The notes under the pieces: generated by a model | What the model saw: only the letters and a program-made list of their open reading frames with translations | Databases searched by the model: none | What the model was told of the DNA's origin: nothing | Part shown: positions 1 through 9,918 of the stretch, in pieces | How positions within the stretch are numbered: position 1 is the stretch's first letter | Layout of the letters: each line of letters opens with the position of its first letter | Assembly: GCA_963677925.2 (NCBI GenBank) | Contig: CAXXYH010000003.1 | Location: 224,001-288,000, forward strand | Length of the DNA: 64,000 nucleotides | From: Spirochaetia bacterium | Lineage (GTDB): Bacteria; Spirochaetota; Spirochaetia; UBA9216 | Direction of reading: 5' to 3' | Program-made: the position numbers and the translations under genes

Positions 1-720
1 AAGTCCGGGTCCGGGATTCTTTTTAAGTTTATCAGCAAGTTCTTTAACTCCGGAATAAACTTCCAGCACATCCATGCCGTTCAGCTGTAATCCCTCAATG
101 CCATATGATTTACCCATAACTGAAAAATCATCTACAGCTGATACCCTTCTGAAATCAGTCCCCATTCCATACTGATTATTTTCACAGATGTAAATCACCG
201 GTAGATTATATATCTTTGCAAGGTTCACACTTTCATGAAAACTGCCCTGATGAATAGCACCGTCCCCGAAAAAGCATAAAACTACGCCTTTTTCCTTCCT
301 GTATTTAATTTTAAATGCAGCCCCGGTAGCCACCGGAATCTGTCCTCCGACTATTCCGTTACCGCCGAACATATGCTTTTCAGCATCAAACATATGCATT
401 GAGCCGCCCTTACCCTTACTGCATCCTGTAATTTTACCGTAAAGTTCTGCCATAATCGCATTCGGGTCCATTCCACAGGCAAGAGCATGCCCGTGATCCC
501 TGTAAGCGGCAGCGATATAATCAGTTGATAAATCCAGAGCGGATATTGCACCAGTGGCAACAGCTTCTTCGCCTATGTATAAATGACAGAATCCTCCGAT
601 TTTTCGAAGTCCGTACATTCTTGCGGCAACTTCCTCAAAGCGTCGTATAAGGAGCATCTCTTTAAGCAGGACGGTTAATAGTTTTTTATTTTTTTCAGTG
701 AGTAATTTATCTGATGACAT
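1..720 (-). CDS. pdhA: Pyruvate dehydrogenase E1 alpha subunit (3' end runs off the window)
   Basis: Not in the ORF track; manual translation from ATG at 720 gives MSSDKLL..IRRFEE..IGGFCHLYIGEEA..YRDHGH..GKGGSMH..FGDGA..ENNQYGMGT (TPP motif). AGGGGGAG RBS at 723-730. Confidence 0.93.
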   Translation of the reverse strand, partial: MSSDKLLTEKNKKLLTVLLKEMLLIRRFEEVAARMYGLRKIGGFCHLYIGEEAVATGAISALDLSTDYIAAAYRDHGHALACGMDPNAIMAELYGKITGCSKGKGGSMHMFDAEKHMFGGNGIVGGQIPVATGAAFKIKYRKEKGVVLCFFGDGAIHQGSFHESVNLAKIYNLPVIYICENNQYGMGTDFRRVSAVDDFSVMGKSYGIEGLQLNGMDVLEVYSGVKELADKLKKNPGPGL

Positions 721-730
721 ATCTCCCCCT

Positions 731-1168
731 TCAGAAAGTAATTAGATATTTCTGGCTTTTAACAGGGGTAAAAACCGAAGCTTTGATAATCCTGCTCTCC
801 AGAACGACTAGAGAAGAAGAATCTTTATTGACAGTCCAGAATGTATTAAGCCGTACCCCCATAGCCTGAAGGACTTCTGCTTCAACTGCCGGATTTTCCT
901 GAATTGAAATTTCACAATCGACATTGATTATCAGATCGAGGGCTTTAGATTGAAACATCCACTGAACCTTATTATTATCTTTAATATCCGGTATTTTTGA
1001 AAACCTTGATGAAGTTACTGCATAGATATTATCACGGTCATTTTTTAGAAAAACCGGTGTCATCCAGCGCATTCCCGGAATATTTGACGAGCCTGCAGTT
1101 GCAAGTACTGCCGTGCCGGTATCATCGATTATTTTTTTTAATTTTATGATTACCTCATTTTTTTCCAT
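731..1168 (-). CDS. Pyridoxamine 5'-phosphate oxidase-like FMN-binding split-barrel protein
   Basis: 145 aa; VLATA..PGMRWM..IYAVT..SK..IKDNNKV pattern; stop abuts the pdhA RBS. Confidence 0.65.
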   Translation of the reverse strand: MEKNEVIIKLKKIIDDTGTAVLATAGSSNIPGMRWMTPVFLKNDRDNIYAVTSSRFSKIPDIKDNNKVQWMFQSKALDLIINVDCEISIQENPAVEAEVLQAMGVRLNTFWTVNKDSSSLVVLESRIIKASVFTPVKSQKYLITF

Positions 1169-1249
1169 TTAACATGCTCCTTATTTAAATGATAAGAACA
1201 AGTATTTATGAGGTCAAATTTTATTTGCAGATATATTGAGTATGAATTT

Positions 1250-1277
1250 AAAAAGCCGCTCCTTTCCGGAACGGCTT
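1250..1277 (-). terminator. Intrinsic terminator after citrate synthase
   Basis: Minus strand AAGCCGTTCC-GGAAA-GGAGCGGCTT followed by T run. Confidence 0.65.
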
Positions 1278-1295
1278 CGGTATAAAAAACTGCGA

Positions 1296-2648
1296 TTAAA
1301 CTCTATCTTTAAGAGGTATATAGGGTTTCGAACGCGAAACATTCTTGTATGCCGGACGCATAATCTTACCGCCCTTAACAAGTTCTTCAATCCGGTGTGC
1401 ACACCAGCCTGAAATTCTTGCAATTGCAAATATAGGTGTAAACAGTTCTGTCGGAATGTTAAGCATACTGTAAACAAAGCCTGAATAGAAATCTACATTA
1501 GCGCTTACAGGTTTGTCAGAACCCTTGAATTCTTTAAATGCCTCTGAACCAAGTCTTTCAACAGCTTCATAAAGCCTGAATTCTTCAAGCATGCCGGTTT
1601 CTTTTGCAAGCATTTCCGCTTTCTTCTTAAGCAGCAGCGCGCGCGGATCTGAAATAGTATATACGGCATGCCCCAGTCCGTAGATTAGGCCTGAATTATC
1701 AAAAGCCTTTTTATTCAGAATTTTTACAAGATGAGCTTTTACCTCTTCGTCATCACTCCAGTTTTTAACATTGCTCTTTATATCATCGAACATGTCATGA
1801 ACTTTAATATTGGCACCGCCGTGTCTATCACCTTTTAGGGAACCGATACCGGCAGATATTGCAGAATATGTATCAGTACTGGCAGAAGATACTACATGGA
1901 TAGTAAAAGCAGAGTTATTTCCACCTCCGTGCTCTGCATGCAGGACCAGACAAAGATCGAGAAGTTCAGCCTCAAGCTGTGAATATTTTCTATCAGGACG
2001 AATGAGCATAAGAAAATTCTCAGCAGTGGAAAGTGCCGGATCCGGAGTATGCAGAAACAGACTCTTCTGATCATAATATCTTCGTTTAGCCTGATAGGAA
2101 TGAGCAACAATTGTCGGGAATCTTGCAATCAGATTGATGGACTGTTTTAGAACATTTCCGATTGACTGATCCTCAGAATTTTCATCAAAAGAATAATGTG
2201 CAAGAACACTTCTTGCAAGTTTATTCATAATATTTGCGCTCGGCGTATTGAGAATCATATCCTCTGTAAAGTTTTTTGGAAGACTTCTCAGTGAACCAAG
2301 GTAGTCATAGAAAAGTTTGTAATCTTCCTGACTTGGTAATTCTCCGAAAAGCAGCAGATAGACAACCTCTTCAAAGCCGGGCCGGTTCTCTTTCTGAAAA
2401 CCATCTACCAGATCTTTTACATCGATACCCCTGTATTTTAAACGGCCTTCTACCGGCACTTTCTCACTTTCATCCATGATGTATCCGTGAACATCACCTA
2501 TTTCAGTCAATCCAACCAGTACGCCTGAGCCGTCTGAGTTTCTAAGTCCCCTTTTAACATTATACTTGTTATAATGTTCCGGAGAGATAGTGTTATTCTC
2601 TGTAGCGATTCGGACATATCGATCCATATTTTCATTATCTAAGATCAT
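1296..2648 (-). CDS. gltA: Citrate / 2-methylcitrate synthase
   Basis: LHAEHGGGNNS, HGGAN, GLGHAVY..DPR, NVDFYSG, RISGWCAH motifs. Confidence 0.92.
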   Translation of the reverse strand: MILDNENMDRYVRIATENNTISPEHYNKYNVKRGLRNSDGSGVLVGLTEIGDVHGYIMDESEKVPVEGRLKYRGIDVKDLVDGFQKENRPGFEEVVYLLLFGELPSQEDYKLFYDYLGSLRSLPKNFTEDMILNTPSANIMNKLARSVLAHYSFDENSEDQSIGNVLKQSINLIARFPTIVAHSYQAKRRYYDQKSLFLHTPDPALSTAENFLMLIRPDRKYSQLEAELLDLCLVLHAEHGGGNNSAFTIHVVSSASTDTYSAISAGIGSLKGDRHGGANIKVHDMFDDIKSNVKNWSDDEEVKAHLVKILNKKAFDNSGLIYGLGHAVYTISDPRALLLKKKAEMLAKETGMLEEFRLYEAVERLGSEAFKEFKGSDKPVSANVDFYSGFVYSMLNIPTELFTPIFAIARISGWCAHRIEELVKGGKIMRPAYKNVSRSKPYIPLKDRV

Positions 2649-2734
2649 TGTGTTACCTCTTTTATGTGATGTGCGGAATCGTATAATATTAATACGTTTT
2701 TACTGATATAATCAAGCTAAAAATGCATTTTTAA

Positions 2735-3406
2735 CTAAACACGTATATAGTATAATTCTTTTATCAAATGATTCTTTTTAAGGCCTTTTCTTTCAAATCC
2801 GGTTTCCGGACGCCAGCTGATATTCTCGGCCCATTTTTCGAATGAATTTTCAAGATCTGTATTTCTTTCAAAAACTTCAAACATTTGGTCGGCATAATCT
2901 TCCCAGTCGGTAGCAGTATAAATATAACCGCCTTTTTTAAGTCTTGAAACGAGCAGTTTTGTAAAATCATCATTTATCAGACGTCTTTTCTGATGCTTTT
3001 TTTTGGGCCATGGGTCCGGGAAAAATATATGAAATCCATCTACAGATTCTTCATTGAACATAGTATTCAGGACCTGAACCGCGTCATATTTAATGATTCT
3101 AAGGTTCTGCAGCCCACGCTTTTCTATTTCTGAAAGAAGCTTTCCCACTCCGGGAGTATGAACTTCAATTCCCAGATATGCTTTTTCGGGATTTTTTTCA
3201 GCGATCTCCGCTGTAGCTGTCCCCATTCCGAAACCAATTTCAATGCAGAGAGATGATGGATCTCCAAATATCCGGTTTACATCAAGCTCAGCTCCGAATT
3301 CAATGCTGTATTTTTTATAATGTTTTTCATAAGCTTCCCGCTGCAGGGGACTCATCCTTCCTGCACGTATAACATAGCTTTTTATATTACGTCTGTCTGC
3401 TTCCAA
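2735..3406 (-). CDS. trmB: tRNA (guanine-N7)-methyltransferase
   Basis: EIGFGMG, GIEVH, FFPDPWPKKKH, ATDWEDY, TGFE motifs. Confidence 0.95.
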   Translation of the reverse strand: MEADRRNIKSYVIRAGRMSPLQREAYEKHYKKYSIEFGAELDVNRIFGDPSSLCIEIGFGMGTATAEIAEKNPEKAYLGIEVHTPGVGKLLSEIEKRGLQNLRIIKYDAVQVLNTMFNEESVDGFHIFFPDPWPKKKHQKRRLINDDFTKLLVSRLKKGGYIYTATDWEDYADQMFEVFERNTDLENSFEKWAENISWRPETGFERKGLKKNHLIKELYYIRV

Positions 3407-3419
3407 TTCACGCTTCCGT

Positions 3420-6400
3420 TTACATAAGTATGGAAAGCCGTTCTCTAATGAACTCGGCTTTTTCTGAAAGATTTATAGATTCTGTTTTAATTATCAGTTC
3501 ATTCATCTTTTTATGATTTATAGTAACTTTTCCGCCGCTCTCCACAATAAGCCTGGCGACCTTGTCCGGATTTATAACTCGTACATACGCGAATTCCACC
3601 CTAATCTGACCTGCTCTCTCTCTGATAGCTGATATATGAAGCTTTCTGGACATAGCCTTTATATCTGCTATAGCAAGAAGATTAAGAACTTCCTCGGGGA
3701 GTGGTCCAAACCGGTCTTCAAGTTCCTGCTGAACCCCGGCAAGCTCTTCATCAGTCTGTACCGACGCAATCTTTTTATAAACTTCCATCTTTTCGACTGA
3801 TTCTGATATGTAGCTGTCAGGAATGAATCCGGAATAGTCGAGCTCAAGAAATACTTCAGGAGCCCTGGGTTCGGCGGAAGCTTCAGACCTTTCAGAAACG
3901 GCTTCATCCAGAATCTTCATATACATATCAAAGCCGACCGACATGATGTCTCCGCTCTGCTGCCTGCCCAGAAGATTTCCGGCACCCCGGATTTCCATAT
4001 CCTTCATGGCTATCTTGAAACCTGAACCGAGTTCTGTTAAGTCTGAAATAACCTGAAGCCTTTTCATTGCTATTTCGGACAGTGCACGCTGATCGGGATA
4101 AAGGAGATATGCATAGGAGGTCTTGTTTGAACGCCCTACACGCCCCCTCAGCTGATACAGCTGGGATATTCCATAGTTATCGGCTCTGTCGATAATTATT
4201 GTATTTACATTCGGTATGTCTATACCGTTTTCTATAATGGTAGTAGCTATTAGAACATGGAAAGCGCCATGAATAAACCGGTGCATTACATCTTCAAGCT
4301 CGCTGCTTGACATCTGCCCGTGCGCTGTTTCAACCATCACCTCAGGAACAACACGGCTTAGAAACATCTGCACCTGTTCCAGGGTTTCCACCCTGTTATG
4401 AAGGTAGAAAACCTGTCCGCCGCGGTCTGTTTCTTTCCTGATGGCTGCAGCGATGACTTCATCATCGAACTCGCGTATGAATGTTTCGATCGGACGGCGA
4501 TTATGCGGCGCTGTTGTAAGCAGAGACATATCACGTATTTTCAGCAATGACATATGAAGAGTTCTGGGTATTGGAGTTGCTGATAAGGCGAGTGAATCAA
4601 TATTGGTTTTAAGCTGCTTTAATTTTTCCTTGTCCTTAACCCCGAAGCGCTGCTCTTCATCTATAATCAAAAGGCCGATATTTTTATATTTAACATCCTT
4701 CTGAAGTATTCTGTGCGTACCGATCAGGATATCGATTTCACCGTCTGCCAGCCTTTTAAGAACTTCACGCTGCTTTTTGGGAGGCACAAACCTTGATACC
4801 ATATCAATTTCTACAGGGAATCTTTCAAAACGTTCCACGAAGTTCTCATAATGCTGTTCCGCAAGTATAGTTGTCGGGGCCAGAAAGGCCACCTGCTTTC
4901 CGCCGATAACAGCCTTCATAGCCGCCCTCATTGCGACTTCGGTCTTTCCGTAGCCGACATCTCCGCAGACAAGTCTGTCCATTGGCGTAGGACTCTCCAT
5001 ATCGACTTTTATATCATCAATACAGCTTAACTGATCATCAGTTTCCTGATATGGAAAGGCTGCCTCGAATTCAATCTGCCAGTCAGTATCCTTAGGAAAG
5101 GCATATCCCACAGCTTCTTTCCGTTCTGAATAAAGCTGTATAAGCATGTCGGCAAGATCTTCAACAGACTTCTTAACCTTATTTTTGCGGTTTTCCCAGG
5201 CTTTGCCGCCTATTCTGTCAAGTGAAGGGTCTCTGCCCTCATTTCCGATATACCTCTGTATGAGGTTAACCTGTTCGATTGGAATAAAAACAGTTTCGGC
5301 ATCAGCATATTCTATTTTTATATAATCTCTTTCGGTTTTTTTAGTGCTTACTCGCTGTATACCCTTAAAAAGGCCGATACCGTAGTTAACATGTACAACA
5401 AAATCACCGGGATTAAGATCAACAAAGGTGTCAATTGCTTCGCTTTTTGCCTTTTTAACCGATGATGGAAGTTTTTTCCGTCTGCCGAATATTTCGCTTT
5501 CAGCTATAGTGATAATCTTCAGTTCGGGTATAGAAAAACCGGCACTTATACCGGAAGCAATAACTTCAACTTTCTGCTCTTTAAGAAGATATCTTATTCT
5601 TTCCGCCTGGGATTCAGATTCAGCGAAGATAAATACTGAATAACCGGCGGCAGAAAGTGATTTAAGTTCCTCGCGAAAATAAGAGATATTTCCAAAGAAA
5701 GCCCTCGGCCCCGTATACTCAAGGTCAATACGCTGATCTTTCTTTTCCGGATCACGGATATTGGAAAAAATAACCTTTTTTTCGGTTTTTTCGATTATTT
5801 CATCATAATCCAGAAGCAGTTCAGAAGGATGGGGATAAAATGCTGCATCCTTCTGATCTTCCACATTTCTTGTTTCAGCATAAAGCTTGTTGTATTCCTT
5901 CCTTAACTGAGTATAAACTCTGCCGAGGTTTTCTTCACCTGAGAAAACCGTAATACCGTCAGGAGGATTAAAATCTGAAAGCCGGGCCTGATATTCAAAA
6001 CTCAACGGAAAGAGAAGTTCTTCGTAATCTATGGTCCGGTTCTGTTCCAGTATTTCAAAGAGACTGTCAAGGCTTTCTATATTTCCATACTCACGGTTTA
6101 AAAATCTGGCCTTAAGCCCCAGGATGCGTTCATCTGTCCAGACAATTTCCTTGACCGGAATTATCCTGAGCTTTTTTAGTTTTGCGAGTGATTTTTGAGT
6201 AAGGACATCGAAAGATTTAATCTCTTCGATTTCATCGAATTCAAATACAATACGAACCGGATTTTCATTTCCGGCAATAAAAATATCGAGAACCTCACCC
6301 CTCAGGGCAAATTCCCCGTGCATGCTTACTCTGGGAACTCTTAAATAGCCATAGCTGACGAGCTTTTTCTCAAGCTCAACAGTGTCTATGTTATCTCCGC

Positions 6401-6842
6401 TCTTAATATTAATTGCAAGATTTCTGATATATTCAGGCGGGGGAAGCGGAGTCAAATAATTACGTACCGAAGCGGCGATAATATTGCTGCCGCCATCAAG
6501 CATTTCGGACATTATTTCAATTCGTTCACCGAAAAGCGATACTGGTATCGAACCGTGCTGATAAACGCGCTTATTCCAACCGCTGAAAGTAATAAGATTA
6601 CTGCCTAGAACTTCAAGATCCCTGTTAAGTGTTTCACATTCACGTTCATCAGCAGTAACAATTACCATATTGCGGCCGGTAATTTCAGATATAAGGGCAA
6701 GAACAACAGCTTTAAAAAAGCCGTCAGCCCATTCAAGGTTTACCGGATAATTTTCTTCCTGAATATTTTCAAGTAAATCTTTAAATGGTTTGTAATCTTT
6801 GAGTTTTTCATTTATTGTATTTAAGAATAAATTTATCATCAA
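3420..6842 (-). CDS. mfd: Transcription-repair coupling factor
   Basis: 1140 aa; UvrB-like segment, VVHVNYGIG, GDVGYGKT, DEEQRFG, SATPIPRT, QLRGRVGR, TRCF C-terminus. Confidence 0.97.
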   Translation of the reverse strand: MMINLFLNTINEKLKDYKPFKDLLENIQEENYPVNLEWADGFFKAVVLALISEITGRNMVIVTADERECETLNRDLEVLGSNLITFSGWNKRVYQHGSIPVSLFGERIEIMSEMLDGGSNIIAASVRNYLTPLPPPEYIRNLAINIKSGDNIDTVELEKKLVSYGYLRVPRVSMHGEFALRGEVLDIFIAGNENPVRIVFEFDEIEEIKSFDVLTQKSLAKLKKLRIIPVKEIVWTDERILGLKARFLNREYGNIESLDSLFEILEQNRTIDYEELLFPLSFEYQARLSDFNPPDGITVFSGEENLGRVYTQLRKEYNKLYAETRNVEDQKDAAFYPHPSELLLDYDEIIEKTEKKVIFSNIRDPEKKDQRIDLEYTGPRAFFGNISYFREELKSLSAAGYSVFIFAESESQAERIRYLLKEQKVEVIASGISAGFSIPELKIITIAESEIFGRRKKLPSSVKKAKSEAIDTFVDLNPGDFVVHVNYGIGLFKGIQRVSTKKTERDYIKIEYADAETVFIPIEQVNLIQRYIGNEGRDPSLDRIGGKAWENRKNKVKKSVEDLADMLIQLYSERKEAVGYAFPKDTDWQIEFEAAFPYQETDDQLSCIDDIKVDMESPTPMDRLVCGDVGYGKTEVAMRAAMKAVIGGKQVAFLAPTTILAEQHYENFVERFERFPVEIDMVSRFVPPKKQREVLKRLADGEIDILIGTHRILQKDVKYKNIGLLIIDEEQRFGVKDKEKLKQLKTNIDSLALSATPIPRTLHMSLLKIRDMSLLTTAPHNRRPIETFIREFDDEVIAAAIRKETDRGGQVFYLHNRVETLEQVQMFLSRVVPEVMVETAHGQMSSSELEDVMHRFIHGAFHVLIATTIIENGIDIPNVNTIIIDRADNYGISQLYQLRGRVGRSNKTSYAYLLYPDQRALSEIAMKRLQVISDLTELGSGFKIAMKDMEIRGAGNLLGRQQSGDIMSVGFDMYMKILDEAVSERSEASAEPRAPEVFLELDYSGFIPDSYISESVEKMEVYKKIASVQTDEELAGVQQELEDRFGPLPEEVLNLLAIADIKAMSRKLHISAIRERAGQIRVEFAYVRVINPDKVARLIVESGGKVTINHKKMNELIIKTESINLSEKAEFIRERLSILM

Positions 6843-6884
6843 TTATACCGAAAATTAGATTAAGATCTGTTTGGAGTTGAAAAA

Positions 6885-7826
6885 TTGAAAAAAACAATCT
6901 TTCCAGTTGCATTATTCCTGTTATTCTCCGTTGCATTACCTGTGTTTTCACAGCAGGTTGAATTGAACATCAGATATTACGACAAGAAAATATACTATAC
7001 TGACAGTTCTGTAATGATAAAGATAGAAATCGTAAATAATAGTCCGGATACCTTCAGATTCAAATCATCAGAATTGCGATGTTTTAACTTTGAATTTGAT
7101 GTCAGGACTCTTACCAATAAGGCTCTTAATCATTCAGCAGAATTTATCACGGATAGAAACACTAATCAACAGGTTTTCTTCAGGGAAGTAAGTCTCGAGC
7201 CCGGTGAAAGCTATTCAGTTGTAGAAGATCTTTCCTATTTTGCAGAAATGAATGAAGCCGGCGTATATATTGTTAATACAAGATTTTATCCTGATCTTTA
7301 CTCAAGTCCAAAATCATCATACATGGTTTCAAACAATCTGACTCTCAACCTGAGACCTGCTGCAGCATCCGCTACAATTCAGGATATGATCGATTACGAA
7401 ACAGGCGAAATAATAAAAGCCTCTCCAATACCTCCCGATGAAGTTGTTGAATACATGCTAAGTTCAAGACAGAAAAGCCAGTGGAATAAATTCCTCTTAT
7501 ATATAGATCTCGAAGGATTGTACCTGAGGAGCCAGACTAATTCTGAACGCTACAGAAGGCTCTCTCAGAAAGACAGGATCCTTGAGATTGACCGATACAG
7601 GGATTTGCTTAAACAGGAAATTGTCGATACCGATATCGTAATGATTCCCTGGGAATACAAAATAATGAGGACTTCGTATACAGATTATGAAGCCGAAGTA
7701 AAGGTAACCGAGAAGTTTAAATTTGCCGATTTTACTGAAATCAAAGAATATAATTATTATCTTCACCGTGATAACGGCATATGGTATATTTATGATTACG
7801 ACGTTAGGAATATGGGTACTGAATGA
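6885..7826 (+). CDS. Exported hypothetical protein (signal peptide; possible Ig-like and NTF2-like regions)
   Basis: 313 aa; TTG start after GGAG; MKK plus hydrophobic stretch to VFS/Q; ATGA overlap with next gene. Confidence 0.75.
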   Translation: MKKTIFPVALFLLFSVALPVFSQQVELNIRYYDKKIYYTDSSVMIKIEIVNNSPDTFRFKSSELRCFNFEFDVRTLTNKALNHSAEFITDRNTNQQVFFREVSLEPGESYSVVEDLSYFAEMNEAGVYIVNTRFYPDLYSSPKSSYMVSNNLTLNLRPAAASATIQDMIDYETGEIIKASPIPPDEVVEYMLSSRQKSQWNKFLLYIDLEGLYLRSQTNSERYRRLSQKDRILEIDRYRDLLKQEIVDTDIVMIPWEYKIMRTSYTDYEAEVKVTEKFKFADFTEIKEYNYYLHRDNGIWYIYDYDVRNMGTE

Positions 7827-8560
7827 AACTGCTTCTCGTAACCGACAAAGAAGAGACTCGCAACAAGTTCATTGGTCATTTCGAAAAATTAGGATATGAC
7901 CTGATCTTTTATAATAACCCTCTCAAGGCGATGGATAACCTTACAGAAATCTCACCCGATGCAGTTCTTTTTAACTCAGAGGACTTTCCCAGACACTGGA
8001 AGCCCTTCCTCCAGGTTTTAAGGCAGCTTTTTGAAAGAGAAAAATCAGTTTTTGTTATTCTTAAGGGTGAATCATTTGATGAAGAAGAGGCCATGAAAGC
8101 CGGCAGCCTTGGTGTAAATGCCGTTATTTCTGAGTCTTTTGAAAACCAGGAAGAAATGGTTCAGCTTGAGAATATCCTTGCAAGATATATAATTCACAAT
8201 GATCTGAGAGGTCCCAGACGTTTCAGTACCACAAAGTTTGAAGATGTTGAGTTTCTTTTTAACCACCCCGAAAACTATTCCCTTTTAACCGGACAGGTTA
8301 TTGATTTATCCTTCGACGGGTTGAAATTCAGCCCTGATAGTCCTCAGCTCTGTGCCGATATAAAGGAAGGTACTGATATGCCGGCATGTTCACTGAGATT
8401 CGGTGAATTCGTCTGTTCTGTTGGAGTCAGGGTTATAAGAAACAATAAAACTATCAGTTTCAGATTTTCTTCTTTCGATGAAGCCGACAGGGACTGCTTT
8501 ATTGATTTTCTTGATAATCTTGCTTATAAGAACCTTGCACTCACCAAAGATTCAGAATGA
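7823..8560 (+). CDS. Receiver-like domain plus PilZ c-di-GMP-binding protein
   Basis: N-terminal LLLVTD..PDAVLFN receiver-like pattern; RGPRR (RxxxR) and DLSFDG (DxSxxG). Confidence 0.8.
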   Translation: MKLLLVTDKEETRNKFIGHFEKLGYDLIFYNNPLKAMDNLTEISPDAVLFNSEDFPRHWKPFLQVLRQLFEREKSVFVILKGESFDEEEAMKAGSLGVNAVISESFENQEEMVQLENILARYIIHNDLRGPRRFSTTKFEDVEFLFNHPENYSLLTGQVIDLSFDGLKFSPDSPQLCADIKEGTDMPACSLRFGEFVCSVGVRVIRNNKTISFRFSSFDEADRDCFIDFLDNLAYKNLALTKDSE

Positions 8561-9522
8561 GTATCAGATGCGGTATTTGTCCGCACAACTGTCTATTAGA
8601 AGAAAATAAATTCGGGATTTGCGGAACAAGAAAATTAAAAAATAATGAAATAGAACTTCCCTTTTACGGGCTTATATCAGCTGCCGCTATCGATCCTGTA
8701 GAAAAGAAACCTCTGTATCACTTCCACCCTTCAAAGACTGTATTTTCAGTTGGATTCTTCGGATGCAGTCTTTCCTGCCCCTTCTGCCAGAATCATTCTA
8801 TTTCAAAGGATTTTAAAACCCGTATATCCTCAGGCAGTTTCTATAAACCCGAAGAACTTATAAGTAAAGCTGCTGATAGCGGAAGTTTCGGGATTGCCTA
8901 CACCTACAGTGAACCTTTAATTCATTTTGAATATCTTTTTGATTGTATGAAACTTGCAAAAAAACGGGGCTTAAAAAATATACTTGTCACAAACGGCTAT
9001 ATAAATGAAACACCTGGTAACAAACTTTTAGAATATACTGACGCCCTTAATATTGACCTTAAAAGTTTTGATGAAGATTTCTATAAACAGGAACTCAAAG
9101 GAAAACTTGAACCTGTATTAAATTTTATACAGAAAGCTGCATCCAGGGTTCATATAGAGGTTACTACTCTTATTATTCCAGGGAAAAACGATTCCGAGGA
9201 GGAGATCCTGCAGTGTGCAGATTTTCTTTCATCAATCAACCCGGGTATTCCGTATCATTTATCAGCCTACTATCCTTCTTATAAATATTATATCAACCCG
9301 ACCGATCCTCGAGATTTGATGAAACTTGCTGAGGCAGCATCAGCTAAACTTGATTTTGTTTACACCGGAAATATATACGGAGGACAGCAGGATACTTTTT
9401 GCTCCTCATGCGGAAATTTACTTATCAAGCGTTCCGGATACAAAACATTATTACAAGGCATCTCCGGCGACAAATGTTCAGCCTGCGGTATTGATCTTAA
9501 TACTATAAATATCCATATTTAG
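8557..9522 (+). CDS. amrS: AmmeMemoRadiSam-type radical SAM enzyme
   Basis: N-terminal CGICPHNC, DPVEKKPLYHF, GCSLSCPFCQN, AYTYSEP, NIDLKSF, C-terminal CxxC pairs. Confidence 0.88.
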   Translation: MSIRCGICPHNCLLEENKFGICGTRKLKNNEIELPFYGLISAAAIDPVEKKPLYHFHPSKTVFSVGFFGCSLSCPFCQNHSISKDFKTRISSGSFYKPEELISKAADSGSFGIAYTYSEPLIHFEYLFDCMKLAKKRGLKNILVTNGYINETPGNKLLEYTDALNIDLKSFDEDFYKQELKGKLEPVLNFIQKAASRVHIEVTTLIIPGKNDSEEEILQCADFLSSINPGIPYHLSAYYPSYKYYINPTDPRDLMKLAEAASAKLDFVYTGNIYGGQQDTFCSSCGNLLIKRSGYKTLLQGISGDKCSACGIDLNTINIHI

Positions 9523-9525
9523 TTC

Positions 9526-9918
9526 ATGTCTTTTTTTGATTCAGAAAATCACTGGAAATGGCGCTATGAAGCAGCCGAAGAAATTGCAGCAGGTATAACT
9601 TCAGATTTTAATGTTAAGGGTTTTTATATTTTCGGGAGTTCCAAGAATGCAGACAGCGGACCGGCTAGCGATATAGATTTGATTATACATATTGCAGGAG
9701 AAAGGGTCAGCAGTAAGCTGGAGCTTTATTTGAATACCTGGAGTCATGCTTTGGATTATATGAACTCTCTGCGGACCGGAATTAAAACCGGTGGCTTGCT
9801 GGATATTCATTATATTACTGACAGCGATGTTGAAAAACGTGACAGTTTTGCAATAAAAATTGATGCAGTCAGTGACGGCGCACATAAACTTCCACTAAAA
9901 GGAAATGTTGATGAGTAA
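9526..9918 (+). CDS. Stand-alone minimal nucleotidyltransferase-domain protein
   Basis: YIFGS..SDIDL (GS plus DxD) and LLDIH third Asp; 130 aa. Confidence 0.8.
   Translation: MSFFDSENHWKWRYEAAEEIAAGITSDFNVKGFYIFGSSKNADSGPASDIDLIIHIAGERVSSKLELYLNTWSHALDYMNSLRTGIKTGGLLDIHYITDSDVEKRDSFAIKIDAVSDGAHKLPLKGNVDE

Noticed and set aside
351-560. 69-aa ORF in the track
   Set aside because: Alternative-frame shadow of pdhA
6836-6850. Leaderless promoter for mfd
   Set aside because: TATAAT on the minus strand ends only 2 nt before the ATG, too close to fit
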